Assembly (NCBI GenBank): GCA_025201805.1
Contig: MU619396.1
Location: 2,162 to 66,161, forward strand
Length of the DNA: 64,000 nt
Direction of reading: 5' to 3'
Source: Parasitella parasitica NRRL 2501
Taxonomy: Eukaryota > Fungi > Mucoromycota
A model generated the notes under the pieces. The model was not told where the DNA came from, made no database searches, and saw only the letters and a list, made by a program, of their open reading frames with translations. This document shows positions 51,984 through 64,000 of the stretch, in pieces. Both the position numbers and the translations under genes were made by a program. The first letter of the stretch is position 1, and the number at the start of each line of letters is the position of its first letter.

Positions 51984-53513
51984 AACAGACATTATATTGT
52001 ATCAAAGAAGCCAAAAAAGAAGGTGAGGGGTTGACCATGAAAGAACAAGGAGGGTGGATCTGGTTTTTTTTTGGAAGCCGCCCACAAATAGCTGTGACCT
52101 TTGCTGCTTCCATCAAAACTTATACCCTCCCATTGACTTAGAAACCTGGTATTAGCGATGCATTTGCTGAACAAACACAGAGCTCTGCAATCATAAAGCT
52201 AAAAGCAAACATACCTAACAAAAATTGTTGACGAAAGAATTAGATATCCATGATGGCAAAATAAATAATAACAACATTTCCAATACCGTTCACCGATATA
52301 TGGAGCATCGCTTTACGTAAATTGCATTTTAGACCTAGTACTGTATCTTTGTATTCAAAAAGTAGCATTATGCATTATGACGCTTGAAACAGTACAGTGT
52401 ATAGTCATTTATCACTACAACAATCAAATTCATCAGATATTATGTAATAGTCGCTATCACAGGCTTATTCTTGTGTCCGTCATCCTCATGTGATTAGATC
52501 ATAGCAAATAGATAATGCAATGCAATGGAATAATACCGTATGGGAATATGTAATGTTCTGAAGCTTTTCATATACACAAAAGAAGAAATATTATGGTACA
52601 CAATTAAAATTTTGTATAGACAAAGAGACAGTGTGCATGAGCAAAACTTATTGATTCCTCGTGGAAGATTAATACAGTATAGGATTCCTGCATTTTCTGC
52701 TCATTTGGAAAATGTAAAACATTGTGAACATACCAGGCTACTTGAAATTCTCCCATGAATGAACCATCTGCTAAATCTTTGGAGAAGGCATCAGACATGT
52801 CATCAGTTTCAGGGTTTTTGTGATTTGTGTCGCTTCTATAATGGTTTGTTTTACCAAAAGGGATACGATTTGTAATAGCTCATGCTCAACTTGAGAGCAT
52901 ATTTCTTTCTTTCAACCAAATGAATGTAAATTTCAAGTCGTATAGTAGTTTGGTAGCACGATTTTTTACGATTTCCAAAAACATCCAAGAATTGACCAAC
53001 TACATAATGAATAGAACAAACAAAGCATAATCAAAGCGATTCTCACTAACCGCATAGCTGTCCAAGCGGTTTATTATGCAGTTCGTAGGATATGAGTATC
53101 CTTGTTACCAAAGCTTTGAGTGCATTGTTCCAGCTTTAGGGTATTGCTTTTCTAGTAAGATTCAGAGTTATCTGCACAAGCGAGTCAGTGATTTAAACAA
53201 CCATGTAGAGGCGGGCACAATTAAAAGGTGAGGATAGATAAACTCTGTTTGAGAACAGTGTAACTAATAGAACGGGATGTTTTATTTGCGAGTTAACTTT
53301 ATTTTCACAATGGATTTGTTATCTTTGGTTTAATTAACAACCTCTGGGCAGCCAAAAAGGGGCAGAATGAAACGTACATTGAACATGAGCTCGCCGAATG
53401 TGGGCAACGTGGTGAGTAAGGCTCATACTGAACCTCAGTGAAATCAAGGAAAGTAAAGCTACAAACAACAGGATATGCATATTTATGGGTATATAATATG
53501 TGATATTTATTTA

Positions 53514-53783
53514 CTACTCTTGGTGAGGCTCCTCTTCAACTTCGTAGATGGTTTCCAAATGCTCAATGATTGAGTAGGATGAACTTGACGAACGTCTCTT
53601 GTTGGAGAAATAAATTTGATGTAGGTTCGGTAGATTATAATCATTGTATTCCTCCTCCTCCTCCTCTTCAAATATGTCATCTAATGTGTGCTTTTTGTAC
53701 GATTGTGAGGACACCTGTTTCAATGGTTGGCGGTGCTCCATTATGTTGACATTTGTCGTTAATAATCTTGTACTGTTAGTCAT
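53514..53783 (-). CDS. Small acidic disordered protein (89 aa) with two LxxIxE motifs
   Basis: ATG at 53783. Contains LDDIFEEEEEEE, KRRSSSSS and LETIYEVEEE. Coding status is not proven. Confidence 0.55.
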   Translation of the reverse strand: MTNSTRLLTTNVNIMEHRQPLKQVSSQSYKKHTLDDIFEEEEEEEYNDYNLPNLHQIYFSNKRRSSSSSYSIIEHLETIYEVEEEPHQE

Positions 53784-53849
53784 TGGTATACGTTTGTAAT
53801 TTTCCAATAGTTAAGAAAAAGAGTAAAAAACATAATGAATGAGTCTTTT

Positions 53850-54830
53850 TTTTATAATCCTCAACAATGGACACAAATTCGGACCGGAAATGACATCAAC
53901 GGAACATTCAAAGATAAAGCTAAGCATAAAGCACCTGTACCTATCATGGTACCGCCGGTATATCGCAAAATTTGGAATGTTACAGCTTCCATTTGAGTAA
54001 AAAGACCAGCGATTTCGCTTTCTATACGAGTGTCTGTTTCCTTCATCCTGGTTTCTTGTCCGCTTGTTTCGTCCCTGATTTAGCCCTTCTCTAGATCAAG
54101 CTCTAATCTCACATTGGCTTGCGCTCGAACAGTTTCTTCTCTTGAACATTGCCTTAACTCCTCTGCCTGCACCTGTAATCTCTCATTTCTCTGTTTTGAT
54201 GGCCGAAAAGTCATAACATTATCTCCGACTTCAAATGAGCAAAATCAACCTTGTACATGTAGGTTGCTTTTTGATGCATCAGGTGTGTCAGTTTCGTGAC
54301 GAATCTGGAGTTCGCACTATTGTTAGCTCTTGAAACTATACTAATTTATCTTTTGTTGTGCTTTAGTCGCAATTAGCTTAGTCAATTCAGTCATATTTCT
54401 CAAACCACTTTTCTTAGCGATGTTATGATGGATTTACTCTGCTGTCGAGTAATTCAAGCCTTTCCCAGTCGTTATTTAACAGTCTAAATGTATCAAAATT
54501 ATGCTGCTAATTATACCCACTGAAATCTATCGAAAGCTGTCTCCTTTATAGGTCACTTCGTGTTGGTTTCCGAACCTTTAAGCTTACCACTATCCCAGAA
54601 TTTTCTTGAGAAAAGAAAGCATGTTTATCTTCTTGGGCATCCGAATAATAGATAACCCTGTCAACTTTCTATACAGAATGTTGTACTTTTGGGCTTAATG
54701 GCAAACCACTCCAAAAATAATTCGGGTTTGATCTAGTGGACATAATCGCTTACTTCCCAACAGTTATATTTTTTTAACGCTCAAATAGCCCCAAACACAG
54801 CAAGGGAAGCTCTATGGTCTTACACAGCTT
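53850..54830 (-). mobile_element. Highly degraded Ty3/Gypsy-like integrase remnant
   Basis: Minus-strand fragments LFGCPRR (~54630-54650) and FEVGDNVM (~54213-54236) resemble integrase-core FGxP and C-terminal FxVGDxV motifs, in the expected order. Many stops and frameshifts. Confidence 0.35.
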
Positions 54831-55138
54831 TCAGCTATATCTCTCTTATAAAAAAAAAGATGGTATGTTTATTTACAGCATTTGAGGCTGATGTACATAA
54901 GTAGAAAAAATTCTTGATTTGGCTTCTTCAATTTCAGCCTATAACTGGGGTTTGGGGTATCATTCAGGGCATTGGAAATGTTTCCGTTTGTGCGACCAGT
55001 TTTCTTCCAGTCTAATGGAGCAGATGTCGAATCACACGTGAAAGTTTCTTGTGCAACTAGAAAGATCCCCATCTATTTTCACATTGCTATTGTTTTTCCC
55101 CTTTTTTCTATTCCATGTATACTTTTTCATTTTAGAAA

Positions 55139-56361
55139 ATGACACAGCAATCGTCTGCAATGTCAATTACACAGCTTTGTCGTATAGATGAAGCTGAAGA
55201 TTCAAACGCCAATGTAAAATCTGACGAAGCCGATACTGTTGCAACAAGTAAATTCTGCAAAAAAGCCAAGAATAAATTTCTGTCCTAAAAAAGCACATTA
55301 GATAATCAGGAGCATTTTATCCGTCGCTTGCCTCTTGTTCATACTGCAATAAAAGCCTATGAAAACTCTAGTTCTGTAGTCAAGTATGGCGCTGAAATGA
55401 TAGAATCTTACACAGGCCCAATTTACGACAAGTTAGGCTATGATCGCAAATTAAAGGACGTATGTAAAGAGGTATGAGCAGTGATAGTTGTACAGAATAT
55501 TAAAAAAGACAATCAAAACGAAAAAAGGTAACATCTGAAGATGACGAAACTACAGCAGCTACTACTGCACTTGCCCGTACTTCACTTTATGAGCACCATC
55601 AGCCATTGATACACCAAAGATCAACGGCCAGCAACAGAAGATCGTCTCGTTCAACATCTCCACATCAGCCATATACACTCCAACGACCTAGTAACAGCAG
55701 TAATAGCAGCAGCAAAAGTCGTTGGCAACAAATTGTTTTACATGCAGGTTCTGCTGCAGGTACAACTGCTGCAGTAATAAGTGAAGAAAGTATGAAATGT
55801 TTACGCTATTGTCTTAGTTGGCTACAGTACGCAATGCAACACATTGATCAGCAAATGAATCTACTGCGTAATTTTTTGGTTTCCTTGGCGACTGGATCGT
55901 CAAGTAGCAACACAAAAAAAGATGCAGCTATCGTTGATCAAAACAACAGCAACACACTAGCCAACATTAAAAAAGAAATTGTTGATACCCTTCGTAAAGT
56001 AGTCGAAGTAGTCAGTAAATATGCTGGATCAGGATTACCGGAACAAGCAAAAGCTAGTGTGCGTACATTCATCCTTCAGCTGCCTAGCCGATGGGCTATT
56101 TTGAACAACACCCGACAAACATCTCCTGCAAACTCGCCTCGACTTGGGCCTATTTCTGCGGATCAAGAGCAAAAGCCATTGCACGAAACATCAATCAAGC
56201 TGCTGGATTTCGGTGGTGAATCTATTGAGATGTTGAAATCAGTCTCGCTTATATTTTCAGATACAATCAACAGAGCCGAACTTTGGATCAAGCGATTAAA
56301 GGTAGTTGGTGTGAATTCAAAGGCTGCTGCTGTTGCTCCACCTACTATGGATACAAATTAA
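55139..56361 (+). CDS. OPI1: Transcriptional repressor Opi1 family
   Basis: Motifs SVVKYGAEMIES, WQQIVLHAGSAAG, SEESMKCLRYCLSWLQYA and KKEIVDTLRKVVEVVSKYAGSGLPEQAKASVRTFILQLPSRW. Confidence 0.88.
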
Positions 56362-56597
56362 ATTTCTATTTTTTCATTCATTCCGTTAGTCAAACATTTG
56401 TATGATTCTCCCCCCCCCCTACTCTCATTCATTCAAATACACACATTTTCCTTAATTTATGAATTATGAATAAATCAAATGCTATTAAAGTCTCGCCTGC
56501 TTTTCAAACCTGCCCAATCGTTTTGTTGCAGTTAAAATTTTACTAGTATTTATCTTCTTTTTCAACTCTTCTTTCTTTCTTTCTGTAGAAACATGAA

Positions 56598-56729
56598 ATG
56601 AACGACCCCACATTGCTTGAAAATCAACAACACCACCAACAACAAGAACAACAGCAAAATCAAAATCATCAATCTCAACCCCAATCTCGGCCTCTACCTC
56701 AACCTCAAATTCAACATCTATCTCAAAAT

Positions 56730-56800
<71 letters not shown>

Positions 56801-57776
56801 GCAGCTTGAGTTATTACCGCTAAAACATAAAGCAGGTGGACATGTTGCCATGTTTCGCTTGTCAAATGGACCTTTATGTAAAGCCATCAAAACCAATGAG
56901 CATTCTTTTTATAAGGATTTATTACGGCATGGCGGATTAAACTCTTTTTTACCTAGATACATGGGTATCATTCATGTTTCTTATAAAAGTGGATATCCTG
57001 AAATTGCTCTTGAAAATGATCGCAAACGGCTATGTCAGTTTCAGAAGCATATCAAGGTGTCCAAGGGTAATGTCGATAGTACTGCTGCTACCGCTGCTGG
57101 AAGTGATGATGGCGAAGCTTTCATGGTAATGGACGACATGACACTAGGTCTACAGAAGCCGTGTATATTAGATCTAAAAATGGGTGTCAGACAGCATGGT
57201 GTTTACGTGAGTGCCGGAAAAATGGCAAGCCAAAAGTTCAAATGCGAACAATCAACCAGTGGCAAATTAGGTGTGCGAGTATGTGGTATGCAGGTGAGTT
57301 GTTTTGTACTAATGCTCTCCAACTTTATTGACTAACCAAATGTTAAGGTATATCAATTGGATAAGCAGGCCTACGATGTTCAGGACAAGTATGTGGGTCG
57401 TACACTGACACCAGACTCATTCCGTGATACTGTCTGTCACTTTCTTCATAATGGCGTAAAGTTGTTGATCGAGTTTATTCCAGTCTTGATTGAAAATTTG
57501 ACAAAATTGCACATTGAAATCGAGAAAATGATTGGTTATCGATTTTATGGATCTAGCCTATTAATTGTGTATGATGCATTAAATATAAAGAGAAGCATTG
57601 CAATGAAATTGATTGACTTCACCCATTGTATTACAACAAAGGAAATTGAACAAAACCAAGATATAATGACATACCCGCCCGAGAAAGGATCTCTTTGTCC
57701 AGATGATGGATTTCTGCAAGGAATTGCTAGTTTAATAGAGATTTTAAAAGACATATATAGCCAAGAACAAAAGTAA
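56598..57776 (+). CDS. Inositol polyphosphate kinase (IP6K/Kcs1-like) with N-terminal polyQ
   Basis: Motifs [18 protein letters not shown] (PxxxDxKxG), [17 protein letters not shown] and IDF. One intron. Confidence 0.92.
56730..56804 (+). repeat. Coding (CAACAG)n repeat, ~25 Gln
   Basis: Alternating CAA/CAG codons are visible directly. Confidence 0.95.
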
Positions 57777-57788
57777 ATAAAACAGCAT

Positions 57789-59024
57789 TTATTCGTCCCT
57801 TAATCGAAGGCCCTTCTTAAGCTCGTCTGTCAATGGTGTATCATTGACACAGCGATCACATTGGCAGGTAAACAAATATGATTTGTCTAAATATGTCTGT
57901 CTAGTGTCCTTATCCCAGCGAGGATTGACATATGTTTCGAATAGTTGCTCATCCTTTTTGATATCACGGATAGCCCTTGCTGTGAGTTTGTATTGAGAAT
58001 TGCGTTGTGGATAGTCGATGTTGATGTTGGGATAGCAATCGTGATTGATGTGAGAGTGTACGAGGTACATGCCGCCATTTTGATTGTTGATGTTGAACTT
58101 GCCTAGATAATTCAAAAAAGTTTCTTCATCCTCAAACAGTTTTTGTTGCATAGATTCAGGCAAAGGCGTTGTGATTTTGCATCTCTTGCTGGGCGTTTTG
58201 TAAGCCGCTCTCAACAAATCTCTGGCTTTGGTCCATAGTTCACGGGTAGGTCCTTCCATAAAGATCCATTCTGTCTCCTTGGCCTGACGCTCTTCTTGAC
58301 TCACTGTGGCAAAGGCATCCAAATGTCCAATTACTTGGTCCAATTCTCCACGTTGATGAGCCAAAATAAGTTGAGCATAGATACGAGAAACGGCCATAGG
58401 TGCCTGCCATTTCTCCATTTCACAAAAATTGATGAAAGGAACTATGTTTTTGTTCAAATTCGTACATTCTAATTGATGAAAGTCCTTCCAAGCAGTTGCT
58501 CTGCACTCTTTGCTGCAATAAAACATGTTGCAATGTCCACAGTGTTGGGTCAGGCGGTTGGGATAAGCCAAAGGCTTGCAGCAAAGGCCGCATGCATTTC
58601 CATTGCGAGCCATGGATATTCCTTCCCAAGGAGGGAAGTAGATAAAAGGCGTTTCAGTAAATATAGTTTCGTCCTTTTTGATGTCACGGGCAGCAAACAG
58701 GCCTTTACCAGTAACCTGATTTACCATGCGAGCTTCAACAGCATCCGAAACTGCCTTAAAATCAAGCTTAGGGTCAATGAACGAGACAGGCACTGATGGA
58801 TCATCAGCAAGGCCTGATTTGACGGGTTCCTTGACAGCAGCTCCATTTGTTAATCCACAATGTTGCATATACTTCTTGACACGTTTTTCGCTCACTTGCC
58901 AATTGGGCTGCTTTGCCACGACCTGTGTGGCAACTGTCTTGATTCCCGCTTCTGGTAACTCTAGTTTGATGTTGCGGATACAAGAGACAAGCTCTTCTTC
59001 CGTAGGAATTACCTTTTCTGACAT
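57789..59024 (-). CDS. SET5: SET/MYND lysine methyltransferase, Set5-like (intronless)
   Basis: Motifs WQVSEKRVKK, GKGLFAARDI, a MYND-type CxxC...YCSKEC...H..EC, SHINHDCYPN, YVNP and post-SET FTCQCDRC. Confidence 0.85.
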   Translation of the reverse strand: MSEKVIPTEEELVSCIRNIKLELPEAGIKTVATQVVAKQPNWQVSEKRVKKYMQHCGLTNGAAVKEPVKSGLADDPSVPVSFIDPKLDFKAVSDAVEARMVNQVTGKGLFAARDIKKDETIFTETPFIYFPPWEGISMARNGNACGLCCKPLAYPNRLTQHCGHCNMFYCSKECRATAWKDFHQLECTNLNKNIVPFINFCEMEKWQAPMAVSRIYAQLILAHQRGELDQVIGHLDAFATVSQEERQAKETEWIFMEGPTRELWTKARDLLRAAYKTPSKRCKITTPLPESMQQKLFEDEETFLNYLGKFNINNQNGGMYLVHSHINHDCYPNINIDYPQRNSQYKLTARAIRDIKKDEQLFETYVNPRWDKDTRQTYLDKSYLFTCQCDRCVNDTPLTDELKKGLRLRDE

Positions 59025-59207
59025 GATTCAAGGCAACAATGTAGCGAGTCTTTCTATTTTCGAAATTTTTTATATACCAACCATTCGGCTTTCACAAGCC
59101 ACCTTCATGTCAATGATAATGAGGAACTGAGCACTAAAAAAGTTCAACACCCCTCCCCCCTCGTAGGTTTTTTCCTTCTTCCATTTTTCTACATAAACTT
59201 ATTTAAA

Positions 59208-59474
59208 ATGAACGATTCTACCAAAGACACTCTCTACAAGGTAAACAGTGTCATATCAATACTTTCATTTACTAACCTTGTTGTGAGGATAGGTTGCTGA
59301 TGTTACAAAGACAATCATTCATTGGGGTTTCATTCCTTTTGTCATTTACTTGGGTATGACTCGTAGCAACCCTAGACCTTCTGTTCTCAAGTAAGTTTTG
59401 TATATATATAGCAGGGTGGGAAGTGTTGTATCTAATCATGTCTCGTTTACAGGCTCATTAGTCCTCTCGCCTAA
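59208..59474 (+). CDS. TOM7: Mitochondrial import receptor subunit Tom7 (not in ORF track)
   Basis: MNDSTKDTLYK/VADVTKTIIHWGFIPFVIYLGMTRSNPRPSVLK/LISPLA*. Confidence 0.95.
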
Positions 59475-59854
59475 CCTCAATTTCAATCAATGTACAAACT
59501 CGAGAAAGAAAAACCTTTCGCCTAATAAATCTATATATGTATATTTGTATGTTATTGTCGGTCCGTATAGGTAGATGCAATGTAACAACGTATATATGTT
59601 TACAATGGTATGAACTTCGGGGGATTGTTATGGAATTCTGTTGTTTTTACTCGAATAGATAATTTATTTGTACAAATAATAAGTTTGTGTCAAACAAAGT
59701 TAATATATATAAAAAAGATGGACTAAGACCATAAAGAGAGAATATAGAACAATGGTAAAGAGTTTGCATATATAAAAAAAAATGGGGAGAGCATATGGCG
59801 TTTGGAAAAGTGTTTTTTGTAAGATTTTTTGTTCTGGATACTATTTGTTTAAAA

Positions 59855-60143
59855 TCATATATAAGAGCTATGCGATTGTGAATAAGCACCTAATGGCCAA
59901 TCCGCCGATAAAAAGAAATCATCGTCTTTCAAAAACTCAATATTGGGGACAGCCGTTGCTCCCAGTTGATTTGATTGTGCTGTATTAACATCCTCCAGGA
60001 TAGGCTGATGGAGTTGCGTATCAAAATCATCAACAATGAAAAATGAGGGCATCTGTTGCTGGTGATGATGAGGGTGTAATAGCTTCTTTTGTTGTGGTTG
60101 TGATGGCAGGGGCAGTGGTTGCTTTTGTTGCTGCTGCTGTTGC

Positions 60144-60175
<32 letters not shown>

Positions 60176-61490
60176 TTGCTGCTGCTGCAGCTGTTCTTTT
60201 CGAGCATCGACTTCTTCAACTTCTTCTTCATCAGAAGAAATGTAGCTTTGAGACGAGGTGTCATCAGCTGTGTCTTTACGTTTTTGCTCGGTCCGTTGTT
60301 GACGGTCTTCTTTATACTTGATTTGCATCCAACGGGTGCGACATTGTCTTTGAGTTCTCCCTGGAATCGTCTCCGCTATTCTTATCCAACAACGACCGAA
60401 ATCGCTCACGCCCATACGCAGCAAAGCATCTTCTTCCATCCCCCATTTGCCTTTTCGTACATATGGATCGAGTGCTTCTGTCCATCTTGCTTGGCATTGA
60501 ATACCTGTACGGTTAGGAATTCGCTCTGCAATTTTATTCCAGGGTATTGGCTGAACTCTTCCTTCATTATCGGTAACGCCAGCGTATTCCAGTACAGAAT
60601 AGCGTAAAATAGTGTCTTCGTTTTCAGTCCAACGACCTTTGTGGATATTAGGGCTATTGATGGTTTAATTGACGTGTTAATAAATACCTATTAAGAAAAA
60701 GGAGCACGTAACATATACTTACTTGAGAGCACCCAACCATCGGGTTGAACATTGCATTGGTGTTCTGTTTGGTACATGAGAAGCAATCAATGACCACTTA
60801 TGCGGTCCGTGCATTTGAACAGCCTGACGAAGCAGCTCGTCTTCTTCCAGCGTCCAGCGTGAATAGGTAGATGGCCGTTTGTTTCTTTTGACCGAATGAC
60901 TTCGAGTTGTCGTAACGATAGGCGACATGTAAGGAGCCCATCGGGGAGCTTCATAACCTCCGAGTGAGTAGCGTCTTTTGCTACCAACAGGCGACATCTT
61001 GGACAATATGTCATTTATTAAAATCTGTCACTGTAATCATTGATATAAACTTTAAAAGCCTACCATATAGGGAGACGGACATGCAGATAATCCACCATAA
61101 TGAGTATCATAATCAGATAATGTAGGTGTCTATTATAAAAATACGTTCAGTTTTCGGATCGCAAAGGAATAAAATCGGAAAATTTCATACAAGTGCCTGA
61201 ATCACACCTTCTACTTTGAGCACGGGTTGTGTTTGTACGAGGCCTGCCATGATATGATGATGTTCCTGAGATGACGATGTGGTAGAATACGTCTATTTAC
61301 AAACAAAAAGCGTTAATCAAATTGTACATACTTTTCTTGAACTGGTGCCTTTTGTACCTGCTGTATGTTTAAATCATGCAAGTCCTATATAAAAATCATC
61401 AATTAACCTGTCAAATTTCCAAATACTCGAGAAAAGCATGCTTACTTCAGTATTTTGATCCCAAGTGTTATGATTATCGAACGAATTCAT
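59855..61490 (-). CDS. Three-repeat Myb-like transcription factor with polyQ
   Basis: Repeats RWTLEEDELL...WSLIASHVPNRTPMQCSTRW, KGRWTENED...W...RTGIQCQARW and KGKWGMEED...RTQRQCRTRW. The start at 61490 is inferred from upstream exons. Confidence 0.88.
60125..60187 (-). repeat. Coding CAG/CAA repeat, ~21 Gln
   Basis: Visible directly within the Myb gene. Confidence 0.93.
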
Positions 61491-64000
61491 TGCTTTGTTT
61501 TTTATGCTGTTTGAAAGAAAACTTTAAAGAGAAGAGAAGAAAGCAAATATATTGTGTTTTCTTTAAAAAAGTTCCAATTTAAAAGAATTGACAATGAATC
61601 GAATCCTTTCATTTATGAAGTTTTATTTCCGTATATCAAGTATGTAAATAACGTCCATCAAAAAAAGGGCCTTCGTTCTTTTATGCAATGATATACTATG
61701 CCACATAACAACGGGATATATTTTCATCCAGCTACTGTTATTTGCTTGCATTTGTCACACGAAACACTTTTTAGATCCGGATATGGAGGTTCTTTGTGTA
61801 AATTTAATACCTGCATGTCAACACAATAACTTAATAACACAGCTTTATTGTATCAAAACAGAGCAGCCGTTTCTAAATTTATGTACATTTACATTTATAG
61901 AGAAATTCTTTTGTAAATCGATGAACAATGCTTGAGATCAATTAGTTCAAGTGACAAAGAATTGCATTTTCTTGGAATAGAAAAGACCACAAACAAGAGG
62001 ATGCTCATACCAATCAATTCAGCTTCCTCCATCTTCTTTCAAGATATTTGCAACATGTCATTTTATGATAAATATAAGATCCATGTCGATGATAAGCCAA
62101 GATATGCGGGTAATTTTTTGGATTCTATTTTGCAGGTAGCTGTAATACGAACTAAATATCTCAAACACCAGCAGCAATAAATACTGATCGTATTACAGTT
62201 TTATTTAAAATTTTAATTGTTTAGCAAGTTGTTATATCCATATGTCTAAATCAAACGTTCACTAGGGTTTACGAACATTTTAAACACTGCACTTTATCAC
62301 CTTTTCTTGTAGATTGCTCAGGGGTTTAAAGATACACTATTCATAACTTGCTAACAGTTTTTTGTGTAAAATTTGGTGTACAACTTGACGATGTATTTTA
62401 CTAAAAACTGTTTTGCTGAAAATATCGAACAAAAAGAATTTTTAATTTTCATTTTATCGATTTTCCTAAACTTAGAAAAGGGTCTGTCAAGCTCCGAGAA
62501 TTAGAACCCATTGAAAAGAGGATAGTATAGTCCTTGAATGTCTGTCGATGCTGAGAGTAGTAAAATAGTGTTGTACTGTTCTGTTGTATTTTTGTTGAGT
62601 ATAAATGTGAGGTAATCTTCCTTATATCAGCAGCTGCGATTCTTTAGTTACGTCTACACCAACCATTATTGCATATACTCTATTAGGTGTTGTGATCATG
62701 TCATCTAAATCAATCGACTTTCTGGTCGATGTTACCATCTGCATCGCAGAAAAAAGAATAATGTCTCAACCCCAAACTTTTACTTTACTTACTGAGTTTT
62801 GCAATCTGCGGCTCTCATAAAAGAGGCTCAGAAGCATTATTGATTACCGTTCAGGGGAAGGGAGTATTGCAGCAGAAGAAGTTAGTACTATTTTATTATA
62901 AATAGAATATATATTATCATACCAAGTCTTGAAAAGAGCACAGCAAACCATTGATAAAATAAAAAAAGGGAAAACAGTAAAGGTAACTATTAATTTCATA
63001 TTGAATAAATTGACATGAATCAATCTATAAATGCAATCAAACCATGTTTAACAGTTGTCAAAAAAACAGTAACAGCCAGATCAACAGACATTTGTTGGTC
63101 TACACAACTTCAACAAAAGAATCACTGCATAATGACGTCTCAAACTAGAGGAAGACATGGAGCCGTTATCTCGCGACAACATTTGTATCAATAATTTTTT
63201 TGATATCTGGATAAAATATTGTGCCAGTGTGAAGACAGCAAAAGTAAATAAAAACTTTTCGGAATAAAACCAGATACAGAACTGAAGACTTTTATTGACA
63301 TAAGATAGGACCACTATTTATACTGAAATGTATGAGAATCAATGGCTACCCAGACCAGATAACATCTGATATTTGACTGGAAGCAACAAACGTTATTGCA
63401 TCATTGTATTTCCAGGAACGGACTTATTCATCTATTTTAAATTAAATGAGAAAAGGTGGGAAAGAAATCTACCCAACATCCCGCGATCTGTCCTTGATGT
63501 AATATTCAAATAAGCCTAGGACATTTCAAGAGGCTCAATCACAGCTTGTAACTTATTCCCTATTTGTAAAAAAAATATCAACAATCAATATCATAATACT
63601 TATCAAATCAAAATAATGTTAGATGTGAAATATATAGCCCTTTTGGTTATGAATACGATTACAAAGTTATCAGATGATATCACAAATTTTCATATCAGAA
63701 TTGCATATAATCGATGATAGGTTATTTATCAGAATGAGAAATTATTTAAATAAAACGGTTGTGAATTAATCAGGTAAAGATCTCGTTTATTACATGGAAA
63801 AAATGATGGCTTATATACTAGTGAATCTAAGGGAACTGATGGGAGATAAGATACAAGTGTGAGACATGGTGTGATTTAGAGAATGGAACGATAGATTGTA
63901 TCTATTGTCCATGAACATGTCATGTTGAGTTATAAATAAGGAACATGATCTATTGGGATATGTTCCTGAATTGTGTTCAGGATTGAGTTTACTTGAGTTT

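Noticed and set aside
53000-53130. Possible Ty1/copia RNase H remnant (..DMSILVTKAL)
   Set aside because: Too short and interrupted to distinguish from chance.
56485-56865. Antisense poly-(Val-Ala) ORF, and the poly-Leu/Ala/Ser ORFs at 59929-60607
   Set aside because: These are alternative-frame shadows of the polyQ repeats.

Overview
This is AT-rich, intron-rich fungal DNA. The short ~50-70 nt GT-AG introns and the protein families point to Mucorales (Mucor-like); this is inferred, not searched. The window holds about 34 protein-coding genes and one tRNA-Lys(CTT). Housekeeping genes include SHR3, an OSBP, IWS1, RPP2, DPM2, RPC40, a DAHP synthase, MTQ2, TOM6, mitochondrial ACP, HGH1, SEC61-gamma, MRPL22, OPI1, an inositol polyphosphate kinase, SET5, TOM7 and a Myb factor. 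There are also several transporters, an Egt2-like lyase, a GDXG esterase, a 10-N assembly gap and non-coding islands with decayed repeats. Several real small genes are absent or fragmented in the ORF track (DPM2, TOM6, TOM7 and a 4E-BP-like gene). The most interesting observations are: (1) a spliced 76-aa eIF4E-binding-protein-like gene lacking most canonical TOR-regulatory elements; (2) an intronless, bacterial-looking DHDPS-family aldolase; (3) a siderophore transporter with four ATCWGATAA (SreA-type) boxes upstream; (4) an 89-aa microprotein with two LxxIxE (PP2A-B56) motifs; (5) a poly(A) micro-insertion flanked by a 15-bp target-site duplication; (6) two convergent genes whose predicted stop codons overlap on one CTAG. 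Exon structures were assembled by eye and family assignments come from remembered motifs, not database searches.
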